In this document: positions 57,404 through 64,000 of the stretch, in pieces
Layout of the letters: each line of letters begins with the position of its first letter
Numbering within the stretch: position 1 is the stretch's first letter
NCBI GenBank assembly: GCA_965219685.1
Contig: CBDCOH010000002.1
Location: 1,408,001 to 1,472,000 of the forward strand
Source: Candidatus Spongiisociaceae bacterium
Lineage (GTDB): Bacteria; Actinomycetota; Acidimicrobiia; Spongiisociales; Spongiisociaceae
Length of the DNA: 64,000 nt
Direction of reading: 5' to 3'
The notes under the pieces: generated by a model
Seen by the model: the letters and a program-made list of their open reading frames with translations, nothing else
Told to the model about the DNA's origin: nothing
Database searches by the model: none
Program-made: the position numbers and the translations under genes

Positions 57404-58341
57404 GTTCCGGTCAGCCAGCGTCGGGGATTGTCGTGGGTGATGGTCCTGATGATCTCGTCGGGCACACCCCTGGCGGACAGCGCGGGCAGGAACGTCTCGG
57501 ACAGGTACACGAAACCGGTGCCGCCGTGTATCCGCAACTGCCCCAGCTTGCACACATCGTGGGAAAGCATCAAACGGTCCTCGAATCCCCTGTCGATCAG
57601 TTCACGGATGAGGTCGAGAATACGTTCCTCGAACCGGCCCATGCCCCGGAACTGGCCGCAGTTGTCGAACATGACGTACACACCTCGGTCAAGCAGTCCG
57701 AGCAGGTAGCGGAGGTGCGGGTAGGCGTCGCAGTGCGCCACCGCCACCCGCCTGAGGTCCGCATCCTCCTCTTCGAGAATGTTCAGTTGCGCCGGAGCGA
57801 CCGGGCCGATGGCGTGGAGGGCCCCGATGGAGAGGCCCGTGGCCTTGTGCGCCCGAGCCGCGGCCCGCAGCACCCGCTCCTCTGCCGGGGACACCCAATC
57901 CTTCTCCGACCCGATCTCACCGATCACGCCCGGGCGGATGTCCGTGTCACCCACCCCTTCGGTGATCTCCCGGATCAACTCCTCGGCCAGGTCATCAGCC
58001 GACCGCCGATCGATCCGCTCGTCGGGCAGGTAGTAGTTCCCGCGGTACCAGCCGCAACCCATGACGAAGTGCACCCCGGTTCGCTCCGACAGGACGCGTA
58101 GCCGACGTGGGGACCTGCCATTGTCGGGAACGCTCAGGTCGAAGATGCTCGCTCCTCCCAGGTCGCCGAACGCCGTCACCTCGTCGGCCATCACATCCTC
58201 GTCGACGAACTGGTCTGCAACGTCGTAGCGGTAGTCGGCGTGCCGGAGGGTGCAGTAGACATGCTCGTGGGGAAGGGTGAACCCGAGTTCGTCAGCCGGT
58301 ACCGGTCCCAGAACTGTCATAACCGTTCCGACATCGTTCAT
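57400..58341 (-). CDS. PTE/PHP family hydrolase, paralog of 31241-32182
   Basis: HEH, GVIGEIG, AHCD, LSHD, DNPRRWL. Confidence 0.9.
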   Translation of the reverse strand: MNDVGTVMTVLGPVPADELGFTLPHEHVYCTLRHADYRYDVADQFVDEDVMADEVTAFGDLGGASIFDLSVPDNGRSPRRLRVLSERTGVHFVMGCGWYRGNYYLPDERIDRRSADDLAEELIREITEGVGDTDIRPGVIGEIGSEKDWVSPAEERVLRAAARAHKATGLSIGALHAIGPVAPAQLNILEEEDADLRRVAVAHCDAYPHLRYLLGLLDRGVYVMFDNCGQFRGMGRFEERILDLIRELIDRGFEDRLMLSHDVCKLGQLRIHGGTGFVYLSETFLPALSARGVPDEIIRTITHDNPRRWLTGT

Positions 58342-58442
58342 CCGGACCTCCTCGATCGGCTGTCAGGAACCGTTCAGGGACTCTACCGGGCTGATGCCGC
58401 TGTGGCGTACCCTGTGACACAGCCGTAGCCTGTTTCCGGGAG

Positions 58443-59894
58443 GTGGACTTGAACCGCGAGCACAGCACCGAGCACGAGGTCGACCTGCTTCTCCGTCACG
58501 CGCGCATCATCACGATGGACCCAGCGCGGAGGATCCTGGTCGACGGAGCGGTCGCCGTCGGCGATGGGCGCATTCTGGAGGTGGGGCCCGACCGTGAAGT
58601 GTCGGCGGTGGTTACCCATGCCGCCGCTACCCGCGACCTCGGTGGCGCCCTGGTACATCCGGGGCTCGTCGACGCCCACGTCCACGCGGGCAGCTCCGAA
58701 CTCAGCCGGGGCATGGCGCCCAAGGATCATGCCGACTACGGGGCGGTCGACGACTGGCTGTTCACCTTCCGCAGCCCCGAGACCGACCACCTCGGCGCTT
58801 TGCTGTCGTGCATGGAGATGGTGACCAACGGCACCACCGCGTACAGCGACACCGGAGGATCCTTCTTTTTGGACGAGACCGCCCGGGCCATCGAAACGGT
58901 CGGGATGCGGGGCATGCCCGGACATTCAATGCTCGACTTCAACCCCCGGGTTCCAGGCCGCGACACCTCCGCGGGCGCCATGTCCGACGAGGAGGCGGAG
59001 ACATTGCGTACCCCGACACGGGAGTGCGTCGAGAAGCTGGACGACCAGATGAGCCGCTACCCGTTCCGCGGCGGCGGGCTCGTCCGGGGCGGGGCGACCA
59101 TGTACGGCTGCATGCGCTGCTCCGACGAGCTGCTCATCAAGGCTCAGGCTCTCGCCAGGAAACACGGGGCGCCGATGATCATGCACCAGTCGTGGGATCC
59201 CGAGGAGGTGACCATCTCCGAGGCGCTGTACGGATGCCGCCCCATCGAACATCTGGCCGAGATCGGGGTGCTGGACGAGAACCTGACGCTGGTCCACATG
59301 AACCATCTGTCCCCGGTCGAGGTCGACCTGGTGGCCGAATCGGGCACCCGGGTGGTGCACTGCCCGGCGGCGTCCCTGCGGCGGGGTATGGGTGCGATCA
59401 GGAACGGCTCCTTCCCCGAGATGCTCGCCAAGGGTGTCCCGGTGGCTCTCGGCTCCGATGGCTACAGCGGCCGGCGGGATGTGCTTCGTCAGGCCTACCT
59501 GGCTGCGGTTGGGTTCCGTGAGTTCCGGGGTGAGTTGCCGGTCCTGACCGGCGAGACCGTCCTCGAGATGGCCACTCTCCACGGAGCCAAGGCACTCGGG
59601 CTCGAGGACGAGGTCGGTTCGATCGAGATAGGCAAGCGGGCCGACCTGGTGATCCACAGCCTGGATAGGCCCGAGGCATACCCCCGGTTCCAGGATCCCG
59701 TCGACAACCTCGTCTATTTCCGGGCATCGAGCACAGTGGATACCGTCTTCGTCAACGGGGAAGCAATCCTCGACGGAGGCCGCTTCACCCGTTTCGACGC
59801 AGCGGAGGCCTACCGCAGAATCCAGGATGCGGCGGCCGAGTTCGAGTCGGGCGTGGGCGCCACGACCTACGCCGTCTGGCCCCTCGTCGACTAG
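58443..59894 (+). CDS. Amidohydrolase (AtzA/TrzA/SsnA-like), paralog of 29739-31214
   Basis: PGLVDAHVH, MHQSW, VHCP, ALGSDG, GSIEIGKRAD. Confidence 0.88.
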   Translation: MDLNREHSTEHEVDLLLRHARIITMDPARRILVDGAVAVGDGRILEVGPDREVSAVVTHAAATRDLGGALVHPGLVDAHVHAGSSELSRGMAPKDHADYGAVDDWLFTFRSPETDHLGALLSCMEMVTNGTTAYSDTGGSFFLDETARAIETVGMRGMPGHSMLDFNPRVPGRDTSAGAMSDEEAETLRTPTRECVEKLDDQMSRYPFRGGGLVRGGATMYGCMRCSDELLIKAQALARKHGAPMIMHQSWDPEEVTISEALYGCRPIEHLAEIGVLDENLTLVHMNHLSPVEVDLVAESGTRVVHCPAASLRRGMGAIRNGSFPEMLAKGVPVALGSDGYSGRRDVLRQAYLAAVGFREFRGELPVLTGETVLEMATLHGAKALGLEDEVGSIEIGKRADLVIHSLDRPEAYPRFQDPVDNLVYFRASSTVDTVFVNGEAILDGGRFTRFDAAEAYRRIQDAAAEFESGVGATTYAVWPLVD

Positions 59895-60157
59895 ATGACT
59901 AGTTCCTAGTCGGTAGTCCCCAGGTTCTAGTTGGGAATCGGGGGTAACACTTAATTGGATTATTTACCATCCTCCAAAGCACTGTTGGGGTCTCGCGTTC
60001 TGCGCCGTGGGTGGCTCTTCAAGAAACTGCAGTCCTGCCCGGGGTCCGAGTCCAAGAACGGGGGCACACGAGTTACAGATGTGTCGTACAGCGTTGTGTA
60101 GCGAATCGAAGAGTACGGTCGCTTCTGGTCGATCCCTTGGAAGTACTCGACTAACCA
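59891..60157 (-). repeat. Dispersed non-coding element, copy C (inverted relative to A and B)
   Basis: ctagatgactagttcctagtcggtag is the exact reverse complement of 18495-18520; its CTAG supplies the amidohydrolase stop. Confidence 0.8.
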
Positions 60158-60211
60158 CCTCCCGAGCAGCGCCTCACCGACCGGGATCAGGATGTTTGGT
60201 ACTGTTCGCCA

Positions 60212-61435
60212 ATGGCGGTCGCCCTAGACGCTTACGATCCCAACTTCCTCCACGACCCCTACCCCACGTTCGACCGGATCCGGGAGGAGACACCCGTTTT
60301 CCGATCTCCCGGGCGCAAGGGTGAGAGGCCCGTCTGGTTCCTAACCCGCCATGCCGATGTGCGGAGGGCCTTGCGAGACCGCCGGTTGGGGCGGATAGAC
60401 CAGCCCACCGTGGACCGGGCCGCCTGGGGACTCCCGCCGCTCCACGCGGAGTTGGCGGCCTACTACGACGTGGAGCATTGGGCTCTGGTCTGGCTGGAGC
60501 CGCCCAACCACACCAAGATCCGCCGCCTGGTCTCCAGCGCCTTCACGATTCGCCGGGTGGCGAGCCTCCGACCCCGCATAGCCGTACTCGCCGACCGTCT
60601 GCTCGACCCGGTGGTGCAGCGGGGCCGCATGGACCTCGTGAACGACTACGCAGCTCCGTTCTCGGTCCAGGTAATCGCCGAGTTGCTGGGCGTACCCACC
60701 ACCCACTGGCGGCAGATGCTCGACTGGTCGTCCCGCATCACCAGGATGTACGAGTACAACACCGACAAGGCGCAGATCCGTTCGGCTGTGGACGCCTGTG
60801 TCGAGTTCTCCGCGTACTGCGAGGAGCTGATCGCACGCCGCCGTACCGACCCTCGCGACGACCTGATCACCGCGCTGTGCTTCGCCGAGACCGAGGACGG
60901 AACGCTCACCGACATCCAGATCGTGTCGATGATCATCACCCTCCTCAACGCCGGGCACGAAGCCTCGGTGAACACGCTCGCCAACGGAATGCTGGCGCTG
61001 ATGCAGCATCCGGACCAGTGGCGCCTCCTCTCCGGCGGGGAGGTCCGCCCGGCCACCGCCGTCGAGGAACTCTTCCGCTGGGATGCACCCATCCAGACCT
61101 TCGACAGATGGGTGGTCGCTGACAGCTACGACGTGGGCGGGCAATCGATCGGCCGGTACGAGCAGGTGACCGTGCTGCTCGGGTGCGCCAACCGCGATCC
61201 CCGCCACTTCGACGAGCCGAACTCCTTCCGGATAGGCCGGGACGATGCGACCCACGTCAGCTTCGGGGGCGGAATCCACCACTGCCTCGGCGCCCCGCTC
61301 GCCCGCCTCGAAGTAGAGGTTGCACTCGAAAGGCTCGCTGCCAGGTGCCCGAGGCTGCAACTGATCGGCAACCCGGTTCGACCTCCGAGGTTCGTGCTGC
61401 GCGGCTTCAACTCTCTTGAACTCACGCTTGCCTGA
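60212..61435 (+). CDS. Cytochrome P450
   Basis: EPPNHTKIR, NAGHEAS I-helix, EELFR, ANRDP, FGGGIHHCLG heme motif. Confidence 0.95.
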   Translation: MAVALDAYDPNFLHDPYPTFDRIREETPVFRSPGRKGERPVWFLTRHADVRRALRDRRLGRIDQPTVDRAAWGLPPLHAELAAYYDVEHWALVWLEPPNHTKIRRLVSSAFTIRRVASLRPRIAVLADRLLDPVVQRGRMDLVNDYAAPFSVQVIAELLGVPTTHWRQMLDWSSRITRMYEYNTDKAQIRSAVDACVEFSAYCEELIARRRTDPRDDLITALCFAETEDGTLTDIQIVSMIITLLNAGHEASVNTLANGMLALMQHPDQWRLLSGGEVRPATAVEELFRWDAPIQTFDRWVVADSYDVGGQSIGRYEQVTVLLGCANRDPRHFDEPNSFRIGRDDATHVSFGGGIHHCLGAPLARLEVEVALERLAARCPRLQLIGNPVRPPRFVLRGFNSLELTLA

Positions 61436-61501
61436 TGACCATCGCCTGGACAGTGGACGCCGCCCACGCCGCTAGGGAAGATCAGCCAGAATGAGCACCG
61501 A

Positions 61502-62533
61502 ATGAGGACGAGCAGGAAGATCATCGCGGGGGTTGCAGCCGCGATCCTCGCTGTTGCGGTGGCCGGTCTGGCGTGGTGGATTCTGCGGGACGAGGGACCC
61601 GAGGCGGTCGATCTGGAGGCGGCGGTGGCCCTGATGGAGACCGTGGACATCACCGACGGCGGGGACGCCACGCCGGCTACCGGGTCCACCCAAGACATCG
61701 GAACGACCCTGAGCACCGCTCCAGACACTCCAGCCACAACTTCCAATCCCACGATGTCCACCGGCGACGCTCCCACCACCACATCGACCATCGGTACCGG
61801 AACTTCGGTCACCACCTCGACCACTCCGCCGACCGCCGAGGACCCCACCACCACATCGACCACAAGTGCCGAAACCTCCGTCGCGACATCGGGCGCCGCG
61901 AAAGCCGACGACGCGGCATCACCCGATCCCGGTGAAGTCACGGAGACAACCGCGGTGGACGCGGGTCTGGCCGCCTTGACGGGAGTGTGGACGATCGTCA
62001 CCACCGAGGGTGCCGACGTTCTGACCGCCGAGTCCCCGGTTAGCTTCGCGGGTTACCGAGTGGTGGAGGTGCTGGCGGGAGGAGTCGACGAATCCACAGC
62101 AGTGGGCCGTACCGCAGAGGTGACCGGTTCGATCGAACTGAGCGGAACCCAACTGGTTGCCGCCACGGTGGTGGTCGAGATGGCCACGTTGCGTACCGAC
62201 GACAGCCACCGCGACAGCCATGCCCGCCAGGAACTCCACACCAGCGAGTTCCCGCTGGCCGTCTTCACCCTCGTCGAGCCCTTGGATTTGCCCGAAGGCG
62301 TCTCCAAGGGCGAGAAGTTCTCAGGGTCGGCCGTCGGAGACCTCACGATCAAGGGTGTCACCAACCGCGCCGTGTTCGATCTCGAAGCTCAACTCGTTGG
62401 CGACACCATCGTGGCCGTCGGGTCCACCGGGGTGGTGTTCGCCGACTTCGGCGTGGCGACTCCAACATCCCGCGCCGTCATCTCCGTCGAGGACCACGGC
62501 ATCATGGAGTTCCAACTCTTCTTCACCCGCTGA
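61502..62533 (+). CDS. Membrane-anchored YceI-family protein with Thr-rich linker
   Basis: N-terminal TM; AGYRVVE, AVGRT, LRTDDSHRD, GDLTIKGVT, MEFQLFF. Confidence 0.85.
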   Translation: MRTSRKIIAGVAAAILAVAVAGLAWWILRDEGPEAVDLEAAVALMETVDITDGGDATPATGSTQDIGTTLSTAPDTPATTSNPTMSTGDAPTTTSTIGTGTSVTTSTTPPTAEDPTTTSTTSAETSVATSGAAKADDAASPDPGEVTETTAVDAGLAALTGVWTIVTTEGADVLTAESPVSFAGYRVVEVLAGGVDESTAVGRTAEVTGSIELSGTQLVAATVVVEMATLRTDDSHRDSHARQELHTSEFPLAVFTLVEPLDLPEGVSKGEKFSGSAVGDLTIKGVTNRAVFDLEAQLVGDTIVAVGSTGVVFADFGVATPTSRAVISVEDHGIMEFQLFFTR

Positions 62534-62562
62534 CAACAGGGTCAGGAGTCGCTGGTGAGGGA

Positions 62563-62849
62563 CTAGGCGCCGGCTTCCGCGGTTGCGAGGGTGGCCTGGT
62601 CGGCTAGGACGGTGACCGTGTTGTCGAAGATCTGGAGGAAGCCGCCGCCCACATCCACGCGGACACGCTCCTCGGCGGTCTCTATCTCCACTGTGCCGGT
62701 GGCGAGAGCAGCCATAAGCGGCTCGTGGTGGGCGAGGATCCCGATCTCGCCGTCGACAGTCCTGGCCACCACGAATCCGGCCCCGCCGGACCAGAGCACC
62801 GCCTCCGGCGACACGACGTCGACCCGCATGAGGGTGGTGGCGGTTACCA

Positions 62850-62850
<1 letters not shown>
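62563..62850 (-). CDS. atpC: F1Fo ATP synthase epsilon subunit (short form)
   Basis: VVSPE, GEIGILAHHEP, GGFL, VTVLA; directly follows atpD. Confidence 0.92.

Positions 62851-64000
<1,150 letters not shown>

Noticed and set aside
60945-60970. P450 I-helix AGHEAS lacking the usual Thr
   Set aside because: AGHEA[ST] variants occur in other actinobacterial P450s; not distinctive on its own.

Overview
High-GC actinobacterial chromosome segment. It has mycothiol-related enzymes, an F420-type LLM enzyme, menA, aceE, moaA and atpDC, and looks Acidimicrobiia-like by gene style (inference). It is rich in amine/amino-acid catabolic genes: several amidohydrolases, two phosphotriesterase-family/amidohydrolase pairs, PLP enzymes, a TPP decarboxylase and a Dpp/Opp ABC transporter. 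Accessory inserts are interspersed. Main observations: (1) a DUF262+HEPN cassette with no integrase, bracketed by a duplicated 5' end of mycothione reductase (63-bp identical core), inside a small TA/defence hotspot; (2) a dispersed ~180-270 bp non-coding element in three copies, ending in CTAG-rich heptamers that overlap stop codons; (3) a tandem mosaic array of secreted GH16-like proteins plus a relic third copy; (4) a coupled TPR-membrane protein + PP2C-like phosphatase pair; (5) paralogous enzymes with altered catalytic motifs, and a FAD-oxidoreductase/PIN-toxin chimera. No rRNA, convincing tRNA, CRISPR array, transposase, integrase or reverse transcriptase was seen. All family calls come from motif recognition by eye, not from database searches.
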